The position numbers and the translations under genes are program-made. Positions 39,006 through 52,062 of a stretch of 64,000 nucleotides of DNA are shown one piece after another. The notes beneath the pieces were generated by a model, which saw nothing but the letters and a program-made list of their open reading frames with translations, searched no databases and was not told the DNA's origin. Every line of letters begins with the position of its first letter. The first letter of the stretch is position 1. The stretch is from Ranitomeya imitator (Eukaryota), in assembly GCF_032444005.1 (NCBI RefSeq), contig NC_091282.1:1134228001-1134292000 (forward strand), written 5' to 3'.

Positions 39006-41159
39006 TATTAATGCATCTAGTGTTTATACTGTATATAGGCGTACTTATCCCTTTTTATGCTCTTTTCCATATTTTATATCAGTTTTTGCTTACGGATTTA
39101 GCACCTGTTTTTCATACGTGCTGTGAGTCTTTGTTTGTGTTATACAATATTTTTCACTGATACATTGTAAAACCATAATAAAGCATTCTGACTATAAGTG
39201 ATACATGTCTGCAGTCTATAATTCTGATATGAAGACTGCATTCACTATAAACTTGTAACATGATGATAATTACAGTCAAAATAATCTGCTCAAGTTTCTT
39301 CAGTTTCAAACAAATTATGGCCGCCTTAAATTTTTTGTTACGTTCAGGTAAAAAAAGTGCCCTATTTTTATGGACTGTCTTGAAATTTCAGGACAGTTGT
39401 CAACCCTGCTTCTGTCATTCCTGTCCATACCAGTTCCCTCAGTAAACGGTGCTTGTGTAGTGACTCAGTCCAGACTGGGTATGCCCTTTTAAGTTAACCC
39501 TGGACCATGAGTAGCTTCTGTATACTGCAACTCATTCCTAAGTTATCCTCTTACTCTTCCTCAGGTATGTGTTTCAGTGTCCTATTAAGTGCACTTTTCA
39601 TTTGTAGTGTTGCTTTATATATTAATCTCACAATGTGAAGTCTGACACAAGAATTGAGTAACCCCCGGAAGAAGCATGGAGGATCAGAAGTAGGGGGACA
39701 TGACCGGTGCAGGTTGCCAGTGACCAGGTGATTGGGGATTTTGGGAAAAGGCAGGGAGAACAGCAAGGAAGGAGGAGGGAGGTAGTAAAGGATTGACAAA
39801 GGGGAAATGACATAGGGGAAGTGACCTAGGCATGGGGAGGAGGGAGATCAAGGGGGATAAAAGGACGCAGGGAGGAACCATAACCCTCTTTCACTCCCAG
39901 GACGGCTGGACAACAAGCCCCACCCACCCATCCCAGAGGAGGAGAAGAACGACTGGGTCGCAGTGGCCGGATCAAATATTCAAATAATGATATGAAGGAT
40001 ACTTATGCAAACGTGTTTAATTTGGCAGTTACCTTTAAGCCCAGGGGAAGGGCAATCAAACGCCATGGTTCCCTGGAGATTTCCCCCACAGGAGTTTTTT
40101 CCTCTCCTGACTGGTGGCGGATGGCTCTTCGTGAGCCTGAGGTTCTGTTATAATGAACGGAATAATGATTTGAGCACTGGTGCTGGTGGGTCCTCGAAGC
40201 TGGCAAAAAAGTTCGGTATGGGGGAGTTCTTGCACTGCGGTGCCCCCCCTACAGTGGATGGTTACAGGTTGTTGGTGGTTTGGTGAGACTTGGGTGATAC
40301 TCGATGAGGCAAATCAGGGTCACATTATCATGGGACCCGGAGGGCCACCCGATGTTGGAGGTTGGGTGCGTGGTACCGATGGGTGGGTACCTGAAGATGG
40401 AAGTCAGGTACAGGTTTAATGGTGTGGAGGCAACCTCTTCCCTCAATTCATGGTGCTTCCGAGCCTGGAGGAAAACGCGGCTGGAAGTAAGGCTGGGAGG
40501 GAAGAGGCAATGCCGATGGTTTAATCACCAGACCAGGATTGGGTTAACTTTGAGGGCCCCACCAAGTGTCTTTAATTATTATTATTATTATTATTATTAA
40601 TAATAATAATAATAAATTGGCTGCTGTGGCCATTATGATCCAAAAGTACTGGTGTGGCGTGTTTATTCAAGGGAAAAAGGGGGAAGGTCACGGAGAGTCA
40701 ACCTTGCGAAGGTCAAGAGTTATACTATTGGTCAATGACCCTGTTACCAAGGTTCAATAGGAGGAGCTACCTCCACTCTCTGTGGAGACAAGACAGAGAT
40801 CTGGAAAGATGTGACCCAGAGCAGATCTTTGGTGAGGGTTCTCCTAACCCCTCCAGACTCCAAGTCTGGAGGTTCATCCTTCTCTTCATCTCAAGACTTA
40901 TAGCCAGGCCTAATACCTTGTGTCGTCCCCTGACTTCTACAGCCAAGACAGCTAAAGGCTTTTAACCCTCTTAACCCTGAATCCCCGCTGTCCGGTTTAA
41001 GGCGTGTTTCTCCAGCATTAGGTTACACTAAATGAGTACAGAAGAACCTATTGCTCTGCTTGTTGAGGAAATCAAGGGTCCTCCACCTCACTGCAAATTA
41101 TCCGTTATTTACTTTAAGTATATTTCTGCACGTACCGTGACCAGCTGAGAAAAGGAATA

Positions 41160-41528
41160 CGGGATTTCAGGTCTGTACATCGCGCATCACCCCTACTCTG
41201 GAACTCTCTACCACAACACATCAGACTCTCGCCTACCATCAAAACCTTCAAAAAGAACTTGAAGACCCACCTCATTCAACAAGCCTACAACCTGCAGTAA
41301 CCACCGATCGACCAAACCGCTGCACGACCAGCTCTACGCTCACCTACTGTAATCTCACCCATCCCTTGTAGATTGTGAGCCATTGCGGTCAGGGTCCTCT
41401 CTCCTCCTGTACCAGTTGTGACTTGTATTGTTCAAGATTATTGTACTTGTTTTTATTATGTATACCCCTCCCCACATGTAAAGAGCCATGGAATAAATGG
41501 CGCTATAATAATAAATAATAATAATAAT
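41160..41528 (+). mobile_element. L2 LINE 3' end with (AAT)n tail
   Basis: ORF2 end (FKKNLKTHLIQQAYNLQ*), 3' UTR gtagattgtgagcc...tgtaaagagccatgg...ggcgctata, then the tail. Confidence 0.85.
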
Positions 41529-42160
41529 ATATTCCCTCTTCTGCCTTTATACTACCATGAGACTTTGAACTCTCTTATAATTACCTGCAAGTACTGCTTC
41601 TAACTAAAACAGGTTCTTAAAGCTCCAGAACCTCAATTCTGTGTCAGAATCCAACCCTGAACTGCATTGGCCATGGAATCCCCACGTGAACTGTAAACTA
41701 CTATTTCCATGTTATATCTCCCCGTTCTGCTGAAGTAAAGCAGCTGTTATCTCCGAGACCTGTTGTCTGTGGTTATTCAATCGGCTGTGGACACTGTGTG
41801 GGGGTGGATAACAGGGAACGGAATAGCTCAATACCAGGCTTTCATGAGTAAGTCTCTTCTGGACCCCAAAGAAGCTGCTGAAGGCTCATACTATGAGCTG
41901 GTGTATTCTCAGTCCACACTGACACAATAATTGCTCCTACGGTCCCACAGAATCTCTTCCAGCTAAACAGCTTTGCTTTCAGTGGAAACACTTAAGCTTA
42001 AAGGGAACCTGTCACCCCGAGAATCGCATTCTGTAATGCTGTAGATAAGCCCCCGATGTTACCTGAAAGAGGAGAAAAAGACGTTAGATTATACTCACCC
42101 AGGGGCGGTCCCGCTGCTGGTCCGGTCGGATGGGTGTCTATGGTCCGCTGCGGCACCTCC

Positions 42161-45100
42161 TGTTGTGAATTCTGTTGTCGAACTCCCTCCTGTGGTCATG
42201 AATGGTACTTCGTCGAGTTCTGTCTATGGGCTCCCTCTGGTGGCTTTGAGTGAAGCTGCTTCTTCTGAGGTTCCTTTCACAGGTGACGTGGGTTATCCTT
42301 TGGTTGGCTGCTCTATTTAACTCCTCTCAGATCGTTACTCCATGCCAGCTGTCAATGTTTTTGCATTCGTTCAGTTTGCTCCTGGATCTCTCTGGTGACC
42401 TGCCTTCTCCTGCAGAAGCTAAGTTCCTTATAGTCTTATTTTGTTCTCTGTTTTCTTGTCCAGCTGGTTTTCATGATTTTGTCTTGCTAGCTGGTAGCTC
42501 TGGGATGCAGAGTGGCCCCTCCGCACCGTGAGTCGGTGCGGAGGTCTTTTCTGCACACTCTGCGTGGTCTTTTGTAGGTTTTTGTGCTGATCGCAAAGTT
42601 ACCTTTCCTATCCTCTGTCTATTTAGTAAGTCTGGCCTCCCTTTGCTGAAACCTGTTTCATCTCTGCGTTTGTGACTTTCATCTTACTCACAGTCAATAT
42701 ATGTGGGGGGCTTCCTTTACCTTTGGGGAATTTCTCTGAGGCAAGGTAGGCTTTATTTTCGATCTCTAGGGCTAGATAGTTCTTAGGCTGTGACGAGGCG
42801 CCTAGGTCTGGTCAGGAGCACTCCACGGCTATTTTTAGTGTGTGATAGGATTAGGGCTTGCGGTCAGCAGAGCTCCCACATCCCAGAGCTCGTCCTGTAT
42901 GAGGTTTAATTATCAGGTCTTTCCGGGTGCTCCTAACCACCAGGTCATAACAGTACCACGCCTTTGGCCAAGAATAAGCCTCAGTACTGGACTCAATTGA
43001 CCATGTGCATGGCTCCTGCACATCAGGAGGATATTCGCTTTTTGGTGTTGCATAATCTGCATGATGTGGTCGTTTTGGGGTTGCCATAGCTACAGGTCCA
43101 TAATCCAGTGTTGGATTGGAAATCTATGTCTGTGTCCAGCTGGGGTTGTCAGGGGGTACATGGTGATGTTCCATTGCTGTCAATTTCGCCATCCACTCCT
43201 TCTGAAGTCCCTGAGTTTTTATCAGATTATCGGGATGTATTTGAAGAGCCCAAATCCGGTGTCCTACCTCCTCATAGGGATTGCGACTGTGCTATTAATT
43301 TGATTCCTGGTAGTAAGTTTCCTAAGGGCCGTCTGTTTAATTTATCTGTGCCAGAGCACGCCGCTATGCGGAGTTATATAAAGGAATCCTTGGAGAAGGG
43401 TCATATTCGTCCGTCGTCGTCACCATTGGGAGCAGGGTTCTTTTTTGTGGCCAAGAAGGATGGTTCTTTGAGACCTTGTATTGATTACCGCCTTCTTAAT
43501 AAGATCACAGTCAAATTTCAGTATCCTTTGCCGCTGCTGTCTGATTTATTTGCTCGGATTAAGGGGGCTAGTTGGTTCACCAAGATAGATCTTCGTGGTG
43601 CGTATAATCTTGTGCGAATTAAACAGGGTGATGAATGGAAAACGGCATTTAATACGCCCGAGGGCCATTTTGAGTACCTGGTTATGCCATTCGGGCTTTC
43701 TAATGCTCCATCTGTGTTTCAGTCTTTTATGCATGGCATCTTCCGAGAGTACCTGGATAGATTCATGATTGTATATTTGGATGACATTTTGGTCTTTTCG
43801 GATGATTGGGAGTCTCATGTGAAGCAGGTCAGAATGGTGTTCCAGGTCCTTCGTGCGAATTCCTTGTTTGTGAAGGGGTCAAAGTGTCTCTTTGGAGTTC
43901 AGAAGGTTTCATTTTTGGGTTTCATTTTTTCCCCTTCTACTATCGAGATGGACCCTGTTAAAGTTCAGGCCATTTACGATTGGATTCAGCCGACATCTGT
44001 GAAGAGCTTACAGAAGTTCCTGGGCTTTGCTAATTTTTATCGTCGCTTCATCGCTAATTTTTCCAGTATTGCTAAACCGTTGACTGATTTGACCAAGAAA
44101 GGTGCTGATGTGGTCAATTGGCCCTCTGCGGCTGTAGAGGCTTTTCAGGAGTTGAAGCGTCGTTTTGCTTCTGCCCCTGTGTTGTGCCAGCCAGATGTTT
44201 CGCTCCCTTTTCAGGTTGAGGTTGATGCTTCTGAAATTGGAGCAGGGGCTGTTTTGTCGCAAAGAAGTTCTGATGGCTCGGTGATGAAACCCTGTGCCTT
44301 CTTTTCTAGAAAATTCTCGCCTGCTGAGCGCAATTATGATGTGGGCAATCGGGAGTTGTTGGCCATGAAGTGGGCATTCGAGGAGTGGTGACATTGGCTT
44401 GAAGGAGCTAAACATCGTGTGGTAGTCTTGACGGATCACAAGAATTTGACTTATCTCGAGTCTGCCAAACGGTTGAATCCTAGACAGGCTCGATGGTCGC
44501 TCTTTTTCTCCCATTTTGATTTTGTGGTTTCATACCTTCCGGCATCTAAGAATGTGAAGGCTGACGCCCAGTCAAGGAGTTTTGTGCCAGACTCTCCGGG
44601 TGTTCCGGAGCCGGCGGGTATTCTTAAAGAAGGGGTAATTTTGTCTGCCATTTCCCCTGATTTGCGGCGTGTGCTGCAAAAGTTTCAGGCTGATAGACCT
44701 GACCGTTGTCCTACGGAGAAACTGTTTGTCTCTGATAGATGGACTAGTAGAGTTATCTCTGAGATTCATTGTTCAGTGTTGGCTGGTCATCCTGGAATCT
44801 TTGGTACCAGAGATTTGGTGGCTAGATCCTTTTGGTGGCCTTCTTTGTCACGGGATGTGCGTTCTTTTGTGCAGTCCTGTGGGACCTGTGCTCGGGCTAA
44901 ACCCTGCTGTTCTCGTGTCAGTGGGTTGCTTTTGCCCTTGCCGATCCCGAAGAGGCCCTGGACGCATATTTCCATGGATTTTATTTCTGATCTCCCTGTT
45001 TCTCAAAAGATGTCGGTCATTTGGGTGGTTTGTGATCGCTTCTCTAAGATGGTCCATTTGGTACTCTTGTCTAAATTGCCTTCCTCCTCTGATTTGGTGC

Positions 45101-46843
45101 CATTATTTTTCCAGCATGTGGTTAGTTTGCATGGCATTCCAGAGAACATCGTCTCGGACAGAGGTTCCCAGTTTGTTTCGAGGTTTTGGCGGTCCTTTTG
45201 CGCTAAGATGGGCATTGATTTGTCTTTTTCTTCGGCTTTCCATCCTCAGACTAATGGCCAAACCAAACGAACTAATCAGACTTGGAGACATATCTGAGAT
45301 GCTTTGTTTCTGCTGATCAGGATGATTGGGTGTCCTTCTTGCCTTTGGCTGAGTTCGCCCTTAATAATCGGGCCAGCTCGGCTACTTTAGTTTCTCCTTT
45401 TTTCTGTAATTCTGGTTTCCATCCTCGTTTCTCTTCAGGGCAGGTTGAGCCATCGGACTGTCCTGGTGTGGATGCGGTGGTGGACAGGTTGCAGCAGATT
45501 TGGACTCATGTGGTGGACAATTTGACATTGTCCCAGGAGAAGGCTCAACGTTTCGCTAACCGCCGGAGTTGTGTTGGTCCCCGACTTCGTGTTGGGGATT
45601 TCGTTTGGTTGTCATCTCGTCACGTTCCTATGAAGGTTTCCTCTCCTAAGTTTAAGCCTCGTTTCATTGGGCCATACAAGATTTCTGAAGTTCTTAATCC
45701 TGTGTCATTTCGTTTGGACCCTCCAGCTTCTTTTGCCATCCATAATGTGTTCCATAGGTCGTTGTTGCGGATATACGTGGCGCCTATGGTTCCCTCCGTT
45801 GATCCTCCTGCCCTGGTGTTGGTCGAGGGGGAGTTGGAGTATGTGGTGGAGAAGATTTTGGATTCTCGTGTTTCGAGACGGAAACTCCAGTACCTGGTCA
45901 AGTGGAAGGGTTATGGTCAGGAAGATAATTCCTGGGTTTTTGCCTCTGATGTTCATGCTGCCGATCTGGTTCGTGCCTTTCATTTGGCTCATTCTGATCG
46001 GCCTGGGGACTCTGGTGAGGGTTCGGTGACCCCTCCTCAAGGGGGGGTACTGTTGTGAATTCTGTTGTCGAACTCCCTCCTGTGGTCGTGAATGGTACTT
46101 CGGTGAGTTCTGTCTATGGGCTCCCTCTGGTGGCTTTGAGTGAAGCTGCTTCTTCTGAGGTTCCTTTCACAGGTGACGTGGGTTATCCTTTGGTTGGCTG
46201 CTCTATTTAACTCCTCTCAGATCGTTACTCCATTCCAGCTGTCAATGTTTTTTGCATTCGTTCAGTTCGCTCCTGGATCTCTCTGGTGACCTGCCTTCTC
46301 CTGCAGAAGCTAAGTTCCTTATAGTCTTATTTTGTTCTCTGTTTTCTTGTCCAGCTGGTTTTCATGATTTTGTCTTGCTAGCTGGTAGCTCTGGGATGCA
46401 GAGTGGCCCCTCCGCACCGTGAGTCGGTGCGGAGGTCTTTTTTGCACACTCTGCGTGGTCTTTTGTAGGTTTTTGTGCTGATCGCAAAGTTACCTTTCCT
46501 ATCCTCTGTCTATTTAGTAAGTCTGGCCTCCCTTTGCTGAAACCTGTTTCATCTCTGCGTTTGTGACTTTCATCTTACTCACAGTCAATATATGTGGGGG
46601 GCTTCCTTTACCTTTGGGGAATTTCTCTGAGGCAAGGTAGGCTTTATTTTCGATCTCTAGGGCTAGATAGTTCTTAGGCTGTGACGAGGCGCCTAGGTCT
46701 GGTCAGGAGCGCTCCACGGCTATTTTTAGTGTGTGATAGGATTAGGGCTTGCGGTCAGCAGAGCTCCCACATCCCAGAGCTCGTCCTGTATGAGGTTTAA
46801 TTATCAGGTCTTTCCGGGTGCTCCTAACCACCAGTTCATAACA
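42161..46843 (+). mobile_element. Chromovirus, LTR subtype B, internally deleted (no PBS, gag or most of protease)
   Basis: LTRs at 42161-42952 and 46051-46843, PPT 46039-46047, flanks ACCTCC / GCCTCC. The internal region jumps from GTAC directly to late-protease sequence. Confidence 0.95.
42957..46058 (+). pseudogene. pol remnant: RT (YLDD), RNase H, integrase, chromodomain
   Basis: ORFs 43108-44391, 44419-45297 and 45282-46058, with one stop (CGA>TGA at 44389) and one frameshift near 45285. Confidence 0.92.
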
Positions 46844-49800
46844 GCCTCCCATCTTCATTCCAAGACGTCTTCTTCTGATCTTCAGCCACGGCTCCAGCGC
46901 AGGCGTACTTTGTCTGCCCTGTTGAGGGCAGAACAAAGTACTGCAGTGCGCAGGCGCCGGAAAGGTCAGAGAGGCCCGGCGCCTGCGCACTGCAGTACTT
47001 TGCTCTGCCCTCAACAGGGCAGACAAAGTACGCCTGCGCCGGAGCCGTGGCTGAAGATCAGAAGAGGATGTCTTGGAATGAAGATGGGAGGTGCCGCAGC
47101 GGACCAGAGACACCCATTTGACCGTACCAGCAGCGGGACCGCCCCTGGGTGAGTATAATATAACGTCTTTTTCTCCTCTTTCAGGTAACATCGGGGGCTT
47201 ATCTACAGCATTACAGAATGCTGTAGATAAGCCCCTGATGCCGGTGGGCTTACCTCACCCGCGATTTTCGGGGTGACAGGTTCCCTTTAATTGTGGAGAA
47301 ATACTTGAGCATTCTGCATCTCCTGGCCTTTGACTTTGGCTGTACTCTTAAGACTGTTACCTTGCTCACTGACACACCTCGCATTGTTTATATATGACCC
47401 TACTTGCAATGAGCAGGTCCTTATGACAGTATATGTGGTCCTTCTACCCTCCCCAAACTCTCTACTGCCAAACTCTCTATTTTAACCACCTGTCCTGTCA
47501 TGACCTCTCACCCTACTATTGTACTGGTGCAATAATGCCACAATTCTTACCAGCAAGTTAGCATTGGGCTCCTTGTGGATGTGCACTGACCCATGGCAGT
47601 TCCTCCCTCTCAAAGCTGACAACCAAGAATTGGTGGGACTGACTTATTTGGTGTTTGCATCCACCTGAACTGGAGATATTAGTTGGATGCTCTGAGAAAT
47701 ATAAAAATAATGCTGGGGTGTCAAAACTAGAGTAAAGCAGCGATATTCAGACAAAGGAGCTACACATGTATTATATAGTTCAATTGAAAAATTACAACAA
47801 TTTGCCTGTTTGGAATCAATTATGGCATTTGAGTGGTTGAGAAGCAGGGATTGTAGATATCTATGCTTCCTCAGAAGCACACTCCAAGATGTTCTTTCCC
47901 CTGTGCAGTCTTACTGACGTTACTCTAGTCTACACCATAAAACCTTTAAACAAAGGTATAGTTACCTTGCAATGCACTACAGGGTTAAAGTATAGAAAAT
48001 ACTGCTTGCTTCATTGATTTAACACGGATAAGCTCAAAATTGTGCAAATTCAGCCAAAGCAAAAAACGCTGGGCTTTCTTGGACTAATTGTTTGAGCTCT
48101 TCACGCGATTTACAAGTCATGATTTATGTGATTGAGCTATGTTTTTGGGAGGGGTTAGCTCAGCAACTATAATCATCATAGGATTTTGATATTTTTGATA
48201 TTTTTTCAGGAATATTCCATGGACAAATAATATTTGGTATGTGGCACTAGTCAGCAAATTCATTAAAATTCAAACTCTGCATACACCATTGTTAAAGCAT
48301 TATTCTGAATTCATTAACCTTCTCGGTGTCCTGATTTGTGATGTGGCGATGCATTATATCTTAGACATGAATGTTTATTTAGTCATTTACACTACTCACT
48401 GTATAAGTTGCTGCTTTGTAATGCGGTGCTAAGGGCACGGGTGCTGCTGGCCATGCGCTTTCTGGAAGGACATATCTAATGCACTGTGGTGCACATTATT
48501 TAGTGCTGAACAGGCTTCGCCTCTGTTGTTGTGTACAAGCTGGTGTGACCTGCAGCTAAATAAAGGAAGCACAAGATGTTCGGTACCATTAGTTATTCTT
48601 TGTGGCATGCCTTTGTCACTGATAAAGGATGCAGGAGATGTTCAGAACCATTAGCTATTCTTCCTAGCATGCGTTTGTCACCAGGATAGAAAATGTGCCA
48701 ACTGTGGAGTGTGAGTTCAATAACAATTTTCTTGCTTTTTATTTTTGACGGAGCAAACATTATATTAATCCTATTCTGCAATTATACAAAGCATATATAT
48801 ATTTTTCCTGATAGAGAAAAAATACAATTCCAGGTCTGACAGGGTTTTTGTGGATAAATGTATTGATTTGAAAACTTACGGTAATATTTCATATCACGCC
48901 ATGATAAATGAAGCTCTTGGGCACATTCTATTGTGTTCTGATGCCATTGAAAACCAGAGGGCATTATATAATGAGAAACTATTGATGCGTCCTGTTGAGA
49001 AACCCTGACAAAGTGTCTAAAAAAATGTTTCTGCACCACAACATGTGGATTTGCCTATTATAATTTTGATATGTAAAATAAGAAGAAAAAGGGAGGGAAT
49101 CGGCTCACCGAACCAGCAACGAATGTTAGGCGCAACAGGATTCCATTTTCTGTGTAGTGTATGGTATCTCGCCACCCAAAGAGAATATGAAAGACAATCC
49201 AGTACATAAATGGTAAAATCCAGCACCATGAGAGTTAAGAGTAAACGTCAGCACATTTCTGTATGGGTGTGTAGGCAATTGACCCTCAATACCAATGATA
49301 TCTTTTCTTGTATAAATTAGAGAACTCTAGTGTAGAAGCCACATGCAGATTAGACTGAAGTCATTGTGGGTGTGACAGTGCACATCAGAGAGCCAGTCCA
49401 GGGAGTTGACACCCCCCCATTGCTCATCCAGCTAATTTGCATATGACTTCTAGAATAGATATCTTAGCACTGGCACATCAGATTTCTATAAAAAAAAAGG
49501 TATGACTTACTTTGGGTGACAAGTTTCTATACATCCATACCAATAATTCCATATCTAAACAGGTGCTCAAGGGTTCCCTGAGCAAATTTGTATTAGTCCA
49601 TATAAAAAAATATGGAAATGTGCTGGAAGTTAGAAAAAAATGTTGGGTTTCATGTGTAACCAGTAACCACTTTTAGCTTTGGCCACAAGTGGCTACATCT
49701 GAAACGCATACTTTTTTTTTTAAGACTTCTAACACATTTCTAAATGTGTTTTTTATTTAGAAAAAAATAGAATTTGAGAGTTTTAACTCTTTTAACCCTA

Positions 49801-50408
49801 GAATTTACCATTTATTTTTTTGATGGTCTGATATGATTTTGACTTTGAGTGCTAAAATATTTGAACCAAAAGATTCATCAAGGATGTCCACTATCATGAT
49901 AAAATAATAAAGCCTATACTCACCTCCTGTATCGGCTGTTGACACTCGCTCTCCTCGGGGCTCTCGTGCGGTGTTGTGACATGTGACGCAAGTGACCAAT
50001 CAGCGCTGATGTCACTGTCTCCGCCTTCAGACATACTGAACATGAAGAAGAAGCCAGAGATCAGCTGCAGCCCGCACTTCCTCTTTGTGTTCATGTTATC
50101 GTACAGTGCTGATAATGAAAGCCTATTGCTTAGATCATTGAAAGTGGAATTAGAGGATTCCCCAGTGGGGCCAAGTTATGCCACAATAATGGATATTACT
50201 ATTATTATAATAAATTTCTACATATCCTCTGGGCCATAGTATGCTGCAATGGTTCTATGGGTAAATACCTTCACAATATGGAGACTGATGCTGCTTGCTA
50301 TTATTATTGCAATTAACGTGGTGGAAGTCTGAGAGTAAACCTCTGTGTGCACTAAAGTACATTACACATCCATAACAGGCTATGGAGTCTGAGCTATATA
50401 ATAGGTAT

Positions 50409-50590
50409 ATTAACCTCCTTACACCTCAAGCCAGTGTTCACCTTCCTGACCAGGCCAAATTTTATAATTCTGACCAGTGTCAATTTATGTGATAATAACT
50501 CTGGAACTCTTCAACGGATCCCACTGATTCTGACCTATTGAATGTCATGAAAGTGGTAAAAATTTTTCAATGCAAAGACATTTGATATTG
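50409..50590. mobile_element. Probable terminal fragment of a TTAA-type non-autonomous DNA transposon
   Basis: ttaacctccttacacc...ttcctgaccaggcc start resembles piggyBac-like frog elements. No partner end was found. Confidence 0.35.
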
Positions 50591-50599
50591 TACCACATA

Positions 50600-50860
50600 A
50601 CAGCTTTAAGCCTACAACCTGCAGTGATCCTCAGTCTACTGAACCGCCGCAAGACCAGCTCTACCCTCTCCTACTGTATCCTCACCCATCCCCTGTAGAC
50701 TGTGAGCCCTCGCGGGCAGGGTCCTCTCTCCCTCTGTACTTGTGTGTGCCTTGTATTGCTCATGTTTATTGTACTTGTCTATGTATGCCCCTTTTTCACA
50801 TGTAAAGCACCATGGAAGAAATGGCGCTATGAAAATGAATAATAATGATAATTATAATTA
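50600..50860 (+). mobile_element. L2 LINE 3' UTR fragment
   Basis: gcctacaacctgcagtga...gtagactgtgagccc...tgtaaagcaccatgg...ggcgctat plus an AAT-rich tail. Homologous to 41282-41528. Confidence 0.82.
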
Positions 50861-50959
50861 TACTGAAGGTACAGAAGCAAGGACTGGGAGAAACTATATG
50901 CAGATGGGTAAGGAATTGGCTAAAAGGCAGAAAACAAAGAGTCGTCATAAATAGTATCT

Positions 50960-51933
50960 TATCTAAATGGGATATAGTCAGCAGTGGGGATCGTAGTTAT
51001 TTGTACTAGGACCGATTCTTTTGTAACCTCTATTAATGACCTAGTGGATGACATTTAGAGTAGCATGTCAGTCTTTGCAGATGACACCAAACTTTGTAGG
51101 ATACTAAAATCTGACCTTGACATTACAATGTAACAATATGATCTGGATAAGATGTCTGAATTGGAAAACACTTGGCAAATGAGGTTTAATGATGATAAAT
51201 GTAGAGTAACGTACCTAGAATGGAGTAATACTATTGCTGCATATACATTAAATGGGAATATACTCGAGACTACAGAACAGGAGAAGGACTTGGGTTTTCT
51301 GGTTACAAGTAAGCTGAACAGAAGTACTCAATGTCAAGCAGCAGCTGGAAAAGCAAACAAGATTTTAGGATGTATAAAAAGAGAGATAAAAGCCTGCAAT
51401 CCCAACGTATTATTACCCCACTATAAATCACTGGTGAGGTCACATCCAGAATATGGGATCCAGTTTTGGGCTCCACAGTTTAAAAAGGATATTCGGATAT
51501 TCAGAAGTTAGAGTCAGTTCAAAGGCGGCAATTAGATTATTACAATGGATAGAAGGCCTCTCATATGATGAGAGAGTGGAAAGGTTGCGCTTGTTTAGCT
51601 TAGAAAAAAAGACACCTCAGAGAAGATCTCATTTACATGTATAAATGTATGTGTGTGGTCAGTACAAAGGACTTGCACATAACTTATTCCCTCCAAAAAT
51701 CATACTAAGGACCAGGGGGCACTCATTAGGGGTGGAAGAAAGGCAATTCCAGTGGCTAAATAGGAAAATGTTCTTTACAGTTAGAGCAGTCAGACTATGG
51801 AATGTCCTACCACAAGAGGTAGTAATGGCAGACACTACAACAGCTTTTAAAAAAGGGCTTGATGAGTTGGTGGAGAAAGGTTGAACTTGATGGCCCTACG
51901 TCTCTTTTCAACCTATGTAACTATGTAACTATG
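50960..51933 (+). mobile_element. Older CR1 subfamily fragment (RT C-terminus and tail)
   Basis: FADDTKL, QMRFNDDKC, EKDLG and QCQAAAGKANKILGCIKR, with many frameshifts. Tail is (TATGTAAC)n. Confidence 0.88.
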
Positions 51934-52062
51934 GAATATGACTTGCGTTTATTTGTGAAAATATCAGAAATTTGTCAAAAACATTGAAAATGTCCACAAT
52001 TTTAAAACTTTTAATTCTTATGCCCTTAAACCAGAGAGCTATGTCACACAAAATAGTTAATA

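Larger units (their letters stand above)
37910..39020 (+). mobile_element. Non-autonomous Helitron-like element
   Basis: A|TCTACTATATAA...(CTGT)n ... CTAG|T termini, inserted at an AT dinucleotide with no TSD. No clear subterminal 3' hairpin was seen. Confidence 0.6.
42002..47286. mobile_element. TTAA-specific fold-back MITE (Kolobok/T2-like, ~600 bp) split by a chromovirus
   Basis: TTAA|AGGGAACCTGTCACCCC...GGGGTGACAGGTTCCCT|TTAA. The left arm rejoins as gcggcacctcc/catcttcattcc, confirmed by the complementary right arm at ~47075-47110. Confidence 0.92.

Noticed and set aside
44669-45316. 215-aa alternative-frame ORF within integrase
   Set aside because: The homologous frame in the minus-strand copy is broken into short pieces, so it is likely a by-product of codon usage.
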